Source of the DNA: Tubiluchus corallicola
Lineage: Eukaryota; Animalia; Priapulida
DNA length: 64,000 nt
NCBI GenBank assembly: GCA_030141605.1
Contig: JAQGDQ010000794.1
Coordinates: forward strand, 31,097-95,096
Reading direction: 5' to 3'
Position 1 is the first letter of the stretch; each line of letters opens with the position of its first letter. This document shows positions 1-14,200 of the stretch, one piece after another. The notes beneath the pieces are model-generated. The model ran no database searches and had not been told where the DNA came from. It was given only the letters and a program-made list of their open reading frames with translations. Made by a program: the position numbers and the translations under genes.

Positions 1-604
1 AATAGCAATTAACGTTCAAATTGAAACGTAATTCTCCAAACCTCCCGAGAGAAATTTGGGTCATCTTGCACTGGCTTTTGACTTGGCACATCCTCCCAGT
101 ACAAAGCTGTCTTGCATAGGCTTTTGACTTGCCAACATTGAAATAAATATTTTTGGTTATAACCTCCAAAGAGAAACTGCGTTGAATCAGTTTTAGCTTG
201 TTGCTGACATTAAAATGAATATTTTTGCTCATAATAGGAGAAGTTGTCTTGAATCAGCTTTAACTTGTTCTCAATATTACAATGAATATTTTTGAACATC
301 AAAGAAATGTTCAGTTGGAAATATTTGGAACGTTTTGAACATTTTTTACATATATTTTAATGAACATAATAATGATCGTAACAAAAATACGGAGTCCTCC
401 ATGGGTCCAGTTACCGAGCCTTCATAAGTACATAATATAGCAGCTTAACTCGTAGTATAACCACTGCTATAACTCATATTGTGACCATTACATTCATGAA
501 ACAATACATTTGATTTATCTTGATATTGTGCTCAAATATGAATAAATTATCCTGAAACGATTATTATGTAAATACAGAATTTTTTTAATATTGGATGATG
601 ATAC

Positions 605-1290
605 AAACTGGAGTTTTTTGACTTGATATTCTTTTTCTCCATTGTAAATAAATTGCTTGATGAAATGATATGACTTGTTCTTAAAATGTCATTCGCTAGA
701 AATGTAAATTGGAGTTTTTTGACTTGATATTCTTTTTCTCCAATGTAAATAAATTGCTTGATGAAATGATACGACTTGTTCTTAAAATGTTCTCTAGAAA
801 TGTAAATTGGAGTTTTCTGACTGGATATTCTTTTTCTCCATTGTAAATAAATTGCTTGATAAAATGGTATGACTTGTCCTTAAAATGTTATTCTCTAGAA
901 ATGTAAATTGAAGTTTTTGACTTGATATTCTTTTTCTCCATTGTAAATAAATTGCTTGATAAAATGATCACGTGACTGTTCTGAAAATGATATTACGCTG
1001 AAATGTAAATTGGAGTTTTTTGACTTGATATTCTTTTTCACCATTGTAAATACATTTCTTGATGAAATGATATGACTGTTCTTAAAATGATGTTGCGCTA
1101 GAATGTATATTGGAGTTTTTTTACTTGATATTCTCTTTCTCCAATGTAAATAAATTGCTTGATTACTGTTCCCAAGTTGTTGTAAATAAATTACTCGATG
1201 ACTGTTCTATGATGTTGTAAATAAATTGCTTGATATTATTTGTTTTTGACTTGGTATTATTTTTCTCCAATGTAAATAAATTGCTTTATG
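605..1290. repeat. ~101-bp AT-rich tandem repeat (~5.5 copies plus a degenerate tail)
   Basis: TGGAGTTTTTTGACTTGATATTCTTTTTCTCCATTGTAAATAAATTGCTTGAT recurs at ~609, 711, 808, 909, 1011 and 1112. Confidence 0.9.
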
Positions 1291-3225
1291 AAATGATTTA
1301 AGTGAAACGGAAAGTTGAAATCGGGCATTATTCTACGTTGTGGTGAAAGTTTATAGCTTAAGAATTAAGAATTAATATAAATAAATAAACTCTCTAAGAT
1401 GAGATGCCGAATCTAGCAGAAATATAATAGCTTTGCTCGGAGTGGGACAGCTCTTTTATTGACAAAGTAAAATTTATCGAGGGTAGTATAGCGCATGAAA
1501 TCTCAAAGAAATAGTTTTCCTTTCACGTCACTCATCCATTTACTGACCAAGCTTCGCATTGCCTAATTTGAGTACTAGATGCCATAGCTAAAGCAAGAGT
1601 ACCTCGTGACTGATGGCTAACTGAGCACTTAAAAATGATAAGTGAACCTAAATTCACGTTTATAACATTTGCTACGTAAAATACAAGGATACTTGTTGTA
1701 CTGCTCATGCGCAGTATCAGCTGCTGGATCATAATGATGTAAGAAGGAGAGTACAGACATTCTTGCACGTGCTCTTATTGTCGTGCTGCCCTCTGTTAGC
1801 GGTAAATATAGTTAATAAAACAAAAATTCATTTCCTGACATTCAGGGCCTTTTGCGCTTCAGTTGAAGTAATATTTTTGGAAACTACGCGTGACAACATT
1901 CTCATGTTTTAGTTTCTTTATAAAAATTACGAAAAACTTATCCAATGAAAAATGAAATATATAGATAAATAAAATAATTCACTGTATGCTTTACCTTAGG
2001 AGTACTGATACAATATTTTTATAAAAAAAGAAACACATTTAGCGTAAACAATCAACATAACAATGTACTTCTTATTTCCAAAAATGATACATAAAATTTT
2101 AAACTATAACAAAAACAAGCAGGACATGTATCACAAATTTTGAGTCAAATTCTCTGCAGAATTTTGACTTCAACCTATGCATTTAAAACTTGCTACCGCT
2201 TCACCTGATAAATAGGTTTTCTTTGACCTCTAATTTGACAATTTTCTGGTTTTAATGAGAGAATTACAGGTGTGCCAACATAAGAGCGGATGCTCTCCTT
2301 CTCAATGACTTCTCGTGGAAGCGGCTTTTTGGTAGGAGCACTTCCGGTATTCTGTCCGGAGGCATAGAGTACATGGAGTAAATACTGCTCCGGAGAAGCA
2401 TGTGTTCTTTATAAAGCTTTGCAGCTCTTGCTTTCTGGTCTGCTATGAAGATAACACATGGCCTTGAGTTCGTCCCTAGTATGGAAACAGATCATGGAAA
2501 AAGTTCAAAAATCTGTATTTTTTGCGTTTATGTGCTGAAGAGAAAAGTTATGTCATCGTTGTGAAATAAAAGTAAAAAAACAATCATAAAAGCCAAACAA
2601 CATGACATACACTGTATGCAGTTGTCAAATTCTTAATGTAGTAACTTAGCAAGGATAGACGCAAAGTTGCGCAATTTAGAGAATAATCATACGAATTCTA
2701 TGAACGCACACAAAACGTAGCAAACTCTTTACAACCCTAAGTCACCTTACCCAGTTCAATATCCGTCCAACATATTGATTTGTAATAAATACTCAAACAT
2801 TTGACTTTGGCAATTTCTACTCGGAAATCCTAACCTGCACGTTTTTGTGTTGCAGCAGAATGAGCCAATTGTATGTGCCATTGTTATGTCCCACTCTTTG
2901 CGTATTGTATGTTTAAACATGACGTAAAATGGAAACAACAGCCTGCAATTTAAACGCCCTATATAATGTCCTCAAAATAATCTTTTACGTAACTGCGCGC
3001 ATACAAGCTACGAATGCAGTCTAATATCATGTAAAATATTTTGAGAAGCGCATTTGTCAAGAAGCATTATTAATATCGCTGCAGTCACTGTGACAAAATC
3101 ATGTATAATTACATGCTTTCTGTTACGTTAGGAATATTTCTGATTTGGACAAAAGTTTTCGCAAGTTTTACACCAGGTATGGTTTTTAGAAGTTTACAAT
3201 TCCCAACTGAATTTCCCCATAATTC

Positions 3226-3468
3226 CCTGACCCTAACCCCTAGCCCTAGTGCTAACCCTAAACACTAACCCTACTCTAACCTTAAGCCCTAACCCTAGTC
3301 TTACCCTAAACCCTAACCCTACTCTAACACTAAACCCTAAACCTTCTGTAAAATTGAACCCTAACACTAGTGCTAACCCTAAACTCTAATCCTGCTCTAT
3401 CCCTAGACCCTAACACTATTGCTAACCCTAAACCCTAACCCTACTCTAACCCTATACCCTAACCCTAA
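3226..3468 (+). repeat. Degenerate interstitial (CCCTAA)n telomere-like tract
   Basis: Many CCCTAA/CCCTAG/CTCTAA/CACTAA hexamer variants. Confidence 0.8.
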
Positions 3469-3517
3469 TTCACAAACCAAAAACATTGAAATGTCTAAAA
3501 GACACTGGATAACGATG

Positions 3518-3524
3518 TATTATT

Positions 3525-3564
<40 letters not shown>

Positions 3565-3748
3565 CCATCACCACCACCATCATCACCATCACCACCACCA
3601 TCATCACCATCACCATCACCACCGCCATCATCACCATCACCATCAATCACCATCACCATCAATCACCATCACCATCATCACCATCACCATCATCAATCAC
3701 CATCATCACCACCACCATCATCACCATCACCACCACCACCACCACCAT
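3518..3748 (+). repeat. (CAT/CAC)n trinucleotide microsatellite
   Basis: Read directly; accounts for the poly-His ORF 3419-3850. Confidence 0.95.
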
Positions 3749-3749
3749 G

Positions 3750-4213
3750 CTCCGTATATACTTTTCTGTCGGATAGCGAATACCGGATATCATCGAATAT
3801 TTCCTCAAATTGACTTCCGGATTCGGATTATAACCGAATCGGTTAGATAAATTCGGATCGAATATGCCGATCAGTTCGGATAATGAAAAATTAGTAAATG
3901 TTTGCAAACTTTAGCGTTTTCATTGAATCTGTCATCTTAAAGAACCTAGCCCAAAGATACCCACACAAACGAAAAAACATGTGTGTAAAATTTTCATCTT
4001 TTAAAACGCACACATTGGCTAAAACAATCATTATGTTTTTTGGAAATGTTTTATTTATTGATTTTCGGCTGTTATATTATTCGAAAACCGGATAGCGAAT
4101 ATTTGCGAATATCAAATTTTTGTAACTACCGGATAATATCGGTCACGAATACCTGCAAAATCACGCGAATATCACCATTTTCGGATACGAATCGGAGATC
4201 CGGACCAACACTA
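3750..4213 (-). mobile_element. One end of a hAT-like non-autonomous DNA transposon
   Basis: Dense CGGATA/CGAATA subterminal motifs ending in ...CCGGACCAACACTA (reverse complement TAGTGTTG..., a hAT-type terminus). The other end is not seen. Confidence 0.45.
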
Positions 4214-4369
4214 GGAGCCAATTGCAATTTGTCAAGATTTCGGATGATTTCGACTACCCAGTGTTAGAATTGCCTTATCACATACCCCACCACGACATGG
4301 ATATCATACCGATGTGGACATTTGTACATTTTATTCTTACTCGTCCCAAGGACAGGCAATACCATCAAT

Positions 4370-4802
4370 AGTAAAAAGCAGCCAAAAATCTTCTCTTTAA
4401 AACACACTATTTTTTTAATGACTTACGTGAAGGCATGGTTACCACACAAAACAATTGCACGTTTGCACCACTAGTTCTTTGATGTTACACGCATTTCGCC
4501 ATTCGCTAGTTAGAATTAAAATCAAACTTAACATTTGTCAAGTTTTTTTATCACGCTGAACAGCAACGCAATTGAATTTTCTCTTTCACAAACACATGCA
4601 ACACTCTAGTGGAAATTTTTTTCGTGTTAAAAATTACGTTAATTTGTGATGTCATAAATAGTTGGGTTGGTCCGCCATTAATTAGGTTTTAATCTATTAT
4701 TTTATTATCAGAAACACTTTTACAGTATTAATTGTGCTAAAATGTATACTTCTTGTCGTACTCGAAAATGGGGTAATATATGAAAAAGCACCCTGCCTTC
4801 CC
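4370..4802 (+). mobile_element. Kolobok-like MITE, copy 1 (5'-truncated, diverged)
   Basis: Shares ATGACTTACGTGAAG, CCACTAGTTCTT, ATCAGAAAC.CTTTT.CAGTATTAA and GAAAATGGGGTA.TATATGAAAAA with the copies at 10318, 61035 and 63045; ends CC|TTAA. Confidence 0.65.
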
Positions 4803-5121
4803 TTAAGAAAGCTATAACAACAATAAATCACGCCATTTAGCAAAATAATAACATAATTGATGATATGGTTTATTATTTTTTTACTCTGCTTTAATAAATT
4901 AACGCACTTTTTTCCTTTAACATGTACAGCTTGAACTAATTTACTGTAATTCTTATTATTTGCTATTTTTTTGTACGAGTACAAAAATCGTTTTAATAAA
5001 TAAATATTTTTCTCTCTCCTTTTAAAAATTATTAAGTTTCTTACCTCCACTAGTGCAGAAAATATTTGTTTGCACTTGTCGCTTGTTTGCTTAATGGCTT
5101 CGCTGTTATTCTCTTTGTTAG

Positions 5122-5296
5122 CTGTTTGTCCTGATGGATTTGAATGGTTTCTTGGTGCTAACGGAACAATGAACTATTGCTACAAATTCATTGATATAAC
5201 CGCTGATACCCGTGTGGAAGCCTATTACATCTGCAAGCAATATGGGGCATCATTGGCGACAGTTAAAAGTGAAGAAAATTGGGATTACTTCTCTAC
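5122..5296 (+). CDS. CTLD1 exon a (VCPDGFEW...YCYKF...EAYYICKQYGASLATVKSEE)
   Basis: Acceptor TTAG, donor GTGAGT; classic CTLD N-terminal CP.GW/CY.F/A..C...GA.LA pattern. Confidence 0.9.
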
Positions 5297-8200
5297 GTGA
5301 GTATTATTACGCTGCCAACTTTACTCTTTAAGACATTGAAGTAAGTTTTTGAAATTGACGTTGTATCTGTAAACTAAACTCAGAAAGTAAAATTTTTGAT
5401 TAACTAATTCAATTCCTAATTGCTTATTCCTGCAATGCTGTTGGAGCTTTAATAACTTTTTTTGTTTTCTCTCTATTAACCCCACCCCCACGTCCACCCC
5501 TGCCTCATAGTATTTATTTCATTTTTCATTTCATTTTGTAGACATAGTATTAATTTCTTATACCATAAAAATATAATTACCAAAAAACTACAATTTTTGT
5601 ATTTTTTGAATTTTAAAGAAAATTTAAAGAATTTTAAAATATTTGAATAAGTATTATACATTAAAAGTAGGTCTCCATTAAAATAGTTACATGCCAATAG
5701 GCGGAAATTTTGGAGCACATAAAACATTAATATTGTTAATTACATGTTTTAACAAGCCATCGGAAGAGTTTAAAAGAAAACCAGTCGATTGAATAGATTC
5801 AATCTTATTTTAATTTATTGTCCAAAATATACTTTTTCTTGCCTATAAAAGTTAGCATTTGTTTCTCGTATTTGAATAATTAACTTACAAAGTTAATTAA
5901 CGGCAACCAAACACACTTATCGCTTACATCACAAACCAACCACAACTTGTGAAATGGTAAACGAAGATTGCCGTAAGAAGCTAATGTTATGTCACGAAAA
6001 TGAGCTCTACATGACACTGACATCACAGACGAAGACTGCAGTTCATGATCGTGCTTATCACGGTACTGCGCCTATTTGTCCACCATGCGAATGAGCCGCG
6101 CGTAGCTTTAAAAGTTCAACCAAATTTAACTGCCCGAGGCAATTATTTAATCTAAGCTTTCAATTAAAAAAAGCTGTTTTAGTATTCAATAGTTTAGAGC
6201 AATGTTTATTCTGAACTAACGTCTACTCAATCGTCCGGTTTTCTAAGTTAACGCGCGGCATCTAAGTATATATGTACTTTTATGCAAATTAAGTTTAAAA
6301 TTACTAATAATATTTTCGATTCAAATTGTAGAAGCTCGAGTACTAGAAGCATATCTATTTTCAAAAAATTTATCATATAGTCCTGTCCCTTATTCATTTT
6401 CGTTCAAATGTTTTAGAGATTTGCAAATTTATATATTTTTTGAATCGCTAGAATACAGAATATCTAAAAAATTTAGCTTTCCGTTTTTTCAAAATCTCAC
6501 TAGCAGCAGCCATATTATCATTTGAAATTGCTTCTGTCAATGTCCAAATCTTGCTCGTTTTTCTGCTTGTAACTTGGGCAGATTTGTCTAACCTATTTCA
6601 AATGGTACCAGAACATTAAATTTTGGTGATACGATTAGTGACCTAGAAACACACAAAGTAGCCATATTACATCATCAATACTCCTCTATCCATTTCACAA
6701 AATAACAGTGTCATTTTACTTACTATGATAGTTTATTTACAGCGTAATTAAAAACCACATGTGGTGGTTGGCTATAACGTACGATGAAGTGTTCCAAATC
6801 CATCATTGGGACGATGGTGATACTTATGAAAATCTTGGCGGCCCTGAGCATTGGCAAAATCCTACCACCATGTGGACGGAATCTTGGGAACCTGGTACGT
6901 ACCATCATAGGCCTGTGACCATCATGAAGTAAAAATCAATGACTTGTAACACTGGAAACAAATCCATGTTGAATCATCTATAAGAAAAAAATTAGTTTGA
7001 AATCGACCTTAACACCATTTTTTTTCATTTATAGTGTACTAGGTTTAGAAAAGCAGCTTTAAAGCACAAAAAGACCTTCCACTTACATACAGCTTAAAAA
7101 ATTCGTCTTGAAATTTTATACCAGTTTCATACCCTAAGTCCTTGCTTAATGTTGCTTATGACGTGGCAGCAAAACGCGTCGTTAAACGAAGCCAAAACTT
7201 CCGTACAAAGTAATGTAAAAGAATTGAGATATGTTCTACAATCAAAAATCAATACTGCTTAAATCAGGAAAGCTAAACGTTTTATGAGTTTCTTTATGGG
7301 TTCTACAAATTATTTTTTTCTGTTTGCATTAAATGTGTCAAATGTTGAGCGTCGTTAAAACGAAGCGTTGTTAAACGGGGAGTCATTAAGCGAGGACTTA
7401 CTTTTTCGCATAAATATAATAGTCTCTGAAAGTGTAACAGGCATTACGTTTTTCGGGTTAATGATGACAAGTGTCAGGAGAGCTGTCTCGTATTTCAAAA
7501 TGTAGATGTATTGAAAAAAGTTGCACCACAGGCATATGTGTAAAATTGACATGCACACGATTTGAACATCATTGTTTTCGTATTTACACAACATTTAGAG
7601 AACTTGTCTGATAAAGAATTTGCCCTTAGATTAAAACCATTCAACTGCACTTTCATAGCCTTAAATAGTATTATAGTAAGTCCTCACTTACCGGTTGCCC
7701 GTTTAGCGAACTTTCGTTTTATTGAAGATTTTTTACCTTGCAAAAAGATTTTTTATATTATCAACAACTTTTTTGCTTAATTTGAAGCATTAAAATGGTA
7801 CATATTGCATTATTCTCTTTCAAAAATGCATTGGTTGCCTAACTAGTGGAATTATTATAATACCATTATAACACCTATTATAATATTTATAATACTTATT
7901 ATAACACTATTGTAATACTTTTTATAATACTTCCTGACTGACTACTATCCGAGTTCAAACTTTATGCAAAAGAATTTTGTCTACAACATCATAACAACCA
8001 GATTAGTAGTATACGAAGATGTGTCAGGGTTTAATTTATTGGCATAAGCAGTATCGATGTTTTGAGTTTTGGTGACGAAACGTATCGAATTTCTTTTACA
8101 TTACTTCCTACGGAAGTTTAGCTTCATTTAACGATGTTCCGCTTAACGTAGCATTTTGCTGGAATGCTTTAGTAAAACGAGAACTTATTGTACTAGTACT

Positions 8201-11200
8201 AAAAAGTACTATCTTTTTTCAGACATAATGGACGAATTTTGTATAGTTGCTGAACTAAGCTACAATTACCAATGGCGAAAAAATGTTTGTAAGTATATTT
8301 CCACGGATGGAATGCACGTGCATCCCGAAGCGGAAGAAGTTAATGTCGTTTGTGAATATGACGCTGAAACCATAGCAACTAATTTAACAGGAGGTTTGTA
8401 GTATACCTTTACATAAAACTTGCCGACTATATGTGGGATATTAATATAACACACGTAATCGTGAGTTACAGGACAAAAGTTACAATAACTACAGAGACGA
8501 GAGTCACAGCAAAGAGACAAAAGTTATAGTAGTTGCAGAGACGAGAGTTACAGCAGAGACAAAAGTTACAGCAGTTGCAGATACAATATTTACTCATGAC
8601 CTCCCAGACGCAAACGCGTTACCACTAGGCTAAACCGTCTGGTCTTAAAATTCATATTGTTAATCACAGTTAGTCACAGTTCAGCACACGCCGTGAACAG
8701 TCGGCTAATCCCTACATAATTTCTTGTTTCTTCGGGTTCTAATTACAGTTTGTTTCGCCTGGACATCCTCATGAGTAATAATATGGCATCAATGGGAGGC
8801 CAGAAATCATCATCATTGATACGGACACGAAAAATATAACGTAGGTTTACCGAGGTTTTGAAACAGTAAGACTTGATCGTATATATTAATTTCGGTGATA
8901 TAGTTTACGGATATATAACGGACGGGGTTACAGCTGACACCATTTTCGACGTCTTATTTCTAGAGATCAAAAACGGGCCATGGGTGGTGCTGGTAATATT
9001 GAATAGCCCGTTTAGCGGTGGGTATAATAGTCGTATTTAGATTCCGCGAGAGGGCAACTAATGCACGCTACGGGCATTTTCCCGGACCCAACTCCCAATT
9101 TTTTCGAAATTTTGGCCTAACGGTCTGTAGAAAAAACGTTCTAGCGGCGTTCAGTGGGACTCTCGGAAAGAGATATATGGCTCTTTAGAAAGAGGAAGAA
9201 CAGGGCTACACGATGGTGTAGGCAATATGTTAGGACACGTTCACCAAGAAGAGTGGCTACGAGTTAATTAGATGTTCCATTTTTGGTAATTTTCGCTTGG
9301 AAAACTGCTGACGCAAATAACCTTATAACTTTAATTCATTAAAAGCCGCTGCTGCTGGCTTGGCATTAGGTAAACAAACAAACACTAAGTAAGACGTTCG
9401 CGCATTGTTGATTATAAGTGAATTTATACACAAAAATTTTTGCGGGGCCTTTGCTAGTTTTTTGTTAATTTAGGCGATGGAAATCAGTGTCCTTCTGGAT
9501 GGACTGATTACTCAGACAGCAGTTCTTCATCTTGCCTCAAGGTAATTCAACTTGACTTGAATTTGGTTAGAAGTCACTTTGACACTTTTGCTCTTGCTGA
9601 ATGGAGTTGTTGGCAGGAAGCTGAAGGGTTGACTGCTTCTCTAGCTAAAGTTGATTCAGAAGAGAAACTGGAAGCTGTTGGAGCAGAAGTCGACTTAGCA
9701 ATTGGAAAGTATGTATAGTATTTAGCAAAAAATAAGTATTGTGTGAGTTAAATAAATCATGAAGTATGGAAAGTATGTACACTAGGCTTCACTCAGTTAA
9801 CTTTTCATTAATTAAACAAGTTTTTTTGCAATTCCAGCGATTGATGATGATCGTAAAAAAGGTCACAGGTTAAGTGTAGAAGACAACGCATTTGTGCATA
9901 TATGACAAAACGACTGACATTACAGAACTGTTGTGGGTAGACGGCTTTGCTTTACCCACATGCCACGTGTCGGTTGTAGTTAAAACGCATTACTGTGGTA
10001 CACTTAGCCTTTGACCTACAGCATCTGCGGATGCGCACAACGAAACTGTGGAAAAGCTTATTTTTGATATTAGTTTTTAAGGGAAATTTAATAGCACTGT
10101 TTAAATAATTTGTGACTAATTTTTAAATAATTTTTGTAAAGTGGTCTTCCAAAGGCATGGGTTGGTCTCACACAATACGGTTCTACCAATAGCTTTTTGC
10201 ACCTGTTAGATATGCAAATTATTCCAGGCTCTGGGTGGACTGGTATATACAACAGACTTGGAACATTCGAAGGTAAATTGGTAAATTCTATGGAAAAATA
10301 TAATTGTGCATATTTAAAGAAAGACAGGATGATTTTCCATGTAATACCTCATTTTCAAGTCCGATAAAAAGTCTACATTTTAACACAGTTAATACTGGAA
10401 AAGCGTTCCTGATATTTAAATAATAGATTAAAAACTTAATTAACGGCGGACGAACCAAACTATTGATGACATCACAAACTAACATATTTTTCAACACCGA
10501 AAATATTCCACTAACGTGTTGCACATGTTTGCGAAAGCGAAAATTGAAGTACAGAGCTACTGTAAGATATTCAGTGTGTTGTACTAAAACTAGGCAAGTT
10601 TTAAGATAAAAATTCAAATTTCAAGTTTACCGCTGCGCTCATGCATGAGTTGTCTAACTTGCGCACTTCCTCACACACTTATACATCTGAACTGAGAGGT
10701 ACAGCACGTGTTTCTTGTGCAATGCGTTTCTGAAATGTAGGCCGTGGTGTCAGCCTAACCAGAGAATGGCAAAATGCTTGTAACAGCGAAGAACTAGTGA
10801 CGCGAACGCGAAATTTGTTTGTCTGGTAATAATTCCTTCACGTAAGTCATGTTTTTCCTTTTTCCATATGTGTTTCCTTTCATTGTTTTAAAGAGTAGAT
10901 TGTTTTGACCTAGAGTTTAAGATTAGGTCCAGTGTTGCTTTGAGATACATTGCACGTAATCACATTGATACAAAGCTGTTTGTATAGTCATGTTGTGTTT
11001 TTCCCTTTCTTAATTAGTCAAGTCTCCGCAACTCACATCTTAGGAATAAAGTTTAGTTTTTGTTTTTTACCTGTCCCTAAATCTGTGAATAAAGATGCTG
11101 ATATTAACGTGAACGTATTTGAAAACAATACGTTCTGAATACTTCTTTGTAGCAGGTGCTGGGGTGATCGTGGTTTCTGATTTGACGACAGACACATTTG

Positions 11201-14200
11201 TTCTTGAAAACAGGAACACTGATGCATCTATCGAGTATGCAGTCTGTGAGCTGCCCTTGCCACAGACAGGTGAGACACTATTCACTTTGTAAGGCACCAC
11301 TGTTTCAGGCAGGTGAGACACTACCTTCACTGTGTGAAGCACCACTGTTGCAGGTAGGTGAGACACTATTCACTTTGTAAGGCACCGCTGTTGCAGGCAG
11401 GTGAGGCACTATTCACTGTGTGAAGCACCACTGTTGCAGGTAGGTGAGACACTATTCACTTTGTAAGGCACCGCTGTTGCAGGCAGGTGAGGCACTATTC
11501 ACTTTGTAAAGCACTACTGTTGCAGGCAGGTGAGGCACTATTCACTTTGTGAGGCACCACTGTTGCAGAAAAGTGAGACACTATGCACTGTGTGAGGCAC
11601 CGCTCTTGCAGGTAGGTGAGGCACTATTCACTTTGTAAAGCACTACTGTTGCAGGCAGGTGAGACACTATGCACTGTGTGAGGCACCACTGTTGCAGGCA
11701 GGTGAGACACTATTCACTGTGTGAGGCACCACTGTTGCAGGCTGGTGAGACAATATTCATTGTGTGAGGCACCACTGTTGCAGGCACGTGAGGTTTCCCA
11801 TCTATATATGCCAGCAAATACGCATCACACATCACGCATTACGCATTACGCATTACAGATTGCGTCTTATGCACACATGGAATTACTTTGGCTACACATG
11901 AATGAGTGAGTAAGTGAGTGAGTGAGTGAGTGAGTGAGTGAGTGAGTGAGTGAGTGAGTGAGTGAGTGAGTGAGTAAGTTTATTTTCATTATTTACAAAG
12001 AACATAACAGTAACAGGTGTAATTTGAATAACTCTGATTTCTTAGCACGATTTTATACTTTCAGTTAAGTATAACTGTACTTCCGGTATGCATAACGGGC
12101 GTTCTAAATGTCTTGAGGATGGCGGGTCAGTGATGACTTATTTAGAAGCGTATATGGTATGCTCTTCTCCACGGAGACTCTTGGAAGTGACAAAACCACA
12201 AGATACCATCGCTCTTTTGGCCATGTTCAATCTCAGTGATTACTACGATTATGGTACAAATAGCTACACGGGATCGTAAGTTTTTCTTTCATCTAAGCTA
12301 TGAATTCTGCCATTCTTTTCATCTAAGCTATGAGTTCTGACTTTCATTTCATCTAAGCTATGAATTCTGACTTTCATTTCATCTAAGCTATGAATTCTGA
12401 CTTTCATTTCATCTAAGCTATGAATTCTGACTTTCATTTCATCTAAGCTATGAATACTAACTTTCATTTCACCTAAGCTATGAATGCTAACTTTCATTTC
12501 ATCTAAGCTATGAATTCTGACTTTCAATTCATCTAAGCTATGAATTCTGACTTTGATTTCATCTCAGTTATATTTTGATCAACTGATTGTTGAAGGTACA
12601 TAAATGAAAACATTGGAAGCCAGTAGAATAATAGAAACTTTTACGTTCATTACAGGAACTACGGAAACGTCTGGCTTTCACCAAGATCAAACATCGGAAA
12701 CGGAAACTATGAAACACCTGATGGACGTACAGTTGGAGTTTTTGATGAATGGATAACAAAAGACTGGCCGACGTACACCTACACAGTTGAATGGCTGGGT
12801 TACTCCCTTTGGAAAACTGAAATAGTTCAAACTGTTTCCAAGGTCTGTCGCATCTCTTTTTCTGCATTGTATTATATTTAACTTAATTCGTGCTGGTTTT
12901 TTAAGAGTTGTGTAATCAATTGTTGTACACAATAATCAGTTGGTCCTGGCGAGATACACCTAAAGTGTTTCAGACTAATTAGGCGTGTTTGTATATATTT
13001 CTTTCCTGTAGCCATTATTTATTGCTAATTTTCACCACTTTACTCTTGAGAATAGTTTTTCATTATTTCCATTAAATTTGGCATGAAAAAGATTATTTTA
13101 TTATAGCAAGTGGTCACGGTATGTCCTGAACAAACACAGGCATATACATACACATAAATATTGACACCACAAACATATTGACATAGACATAGGCATAGGC
13201 ATAGTCATAGGCACATAGACATAGACATAGACATAGGCATAGGCATAGGCATAGGCATAGTCATAGGCATAGGCATAGGCATAGGCATAGGCATAGGCAT
13301 AGGCACAGGCATAGGCATTAGACATAGGCATAGACATCTTTACTGGTCATATATACTTCATATGAGTAGATGAAATTTGTCATTTCAGCCTTGGATATTA
13401 GTAACAAGCAACCTGCACATCAAAATTGCAACTGTAAAATAAATTCAAATGTAAATTTAAAAGCTAAGTGGTTCAATTAGTGTAAACCTTAAAAAAGTGT
13501 TTAGAGTTTAGCAAATACTAACTACTGTGATTAAAGGGTAGAAAAAGAAAATTTAGAGCAATTTGTTCTTGAAAAGGGTAAATATAATCTTATTTTGAGT
13601 GGGAAGATGCAAATTCTATTTATAAAACATGATAATAAGTGATAAATTATCAATTAGTTAATAATTAGTTGAGTTATCAACAGTTAGGTTTTCCATTTTT
13701 CGAATAAAATACATTTTCTTATTAGTCTTACCGAGTACACGAGAAACACGCGAAGAAAATGTTAATTTCTTGTCTATAGAGCATTGAAGGTACTTATAGT
13801 CATCAACTATTTCTACAACAGTGAGTGTGTCGGGTTTGCAAATAGTTTTTCCTCAGTTATTGTGGGTGTGCCGTTCCAGGCCCACTCGAGATAAGTGAAT
13901 TTTCATGAAGTAGGGACGCTATGCTTATTTTAGTAGTCATACATTATTTTAAGTGTTTATAAACCCTCCCCACACTCATATACATAATATTTTGCCATTC
14001 CCTTAATAACTTTTAACATGCTGTACATGTACCTCTTAAAAAACTTACCATCAATCAACAAATCGTGTGTTGTGTACAATCTCACGTCGGCAAGTAGCAT
14101 CTCAAGCGGGCGCAATGCTACATTTCGTTTTTGGTGTGTATTCACCCGCCGAATAAATACACTATTCACTGTAAATGGTAATTTTTTATGATTTATAATA

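Noticed and set aside
3419-3850. Poly-histidine ORF
   Set aside because: Translation of a CCCTAA tract plus a (CAT/CAC)n microsatellite; no coding evidence.
10288-10617. Conserved small ORF also seen at 61325
   Set aside because: The similarity reflects MITE copies; the frame is not preserved among them.
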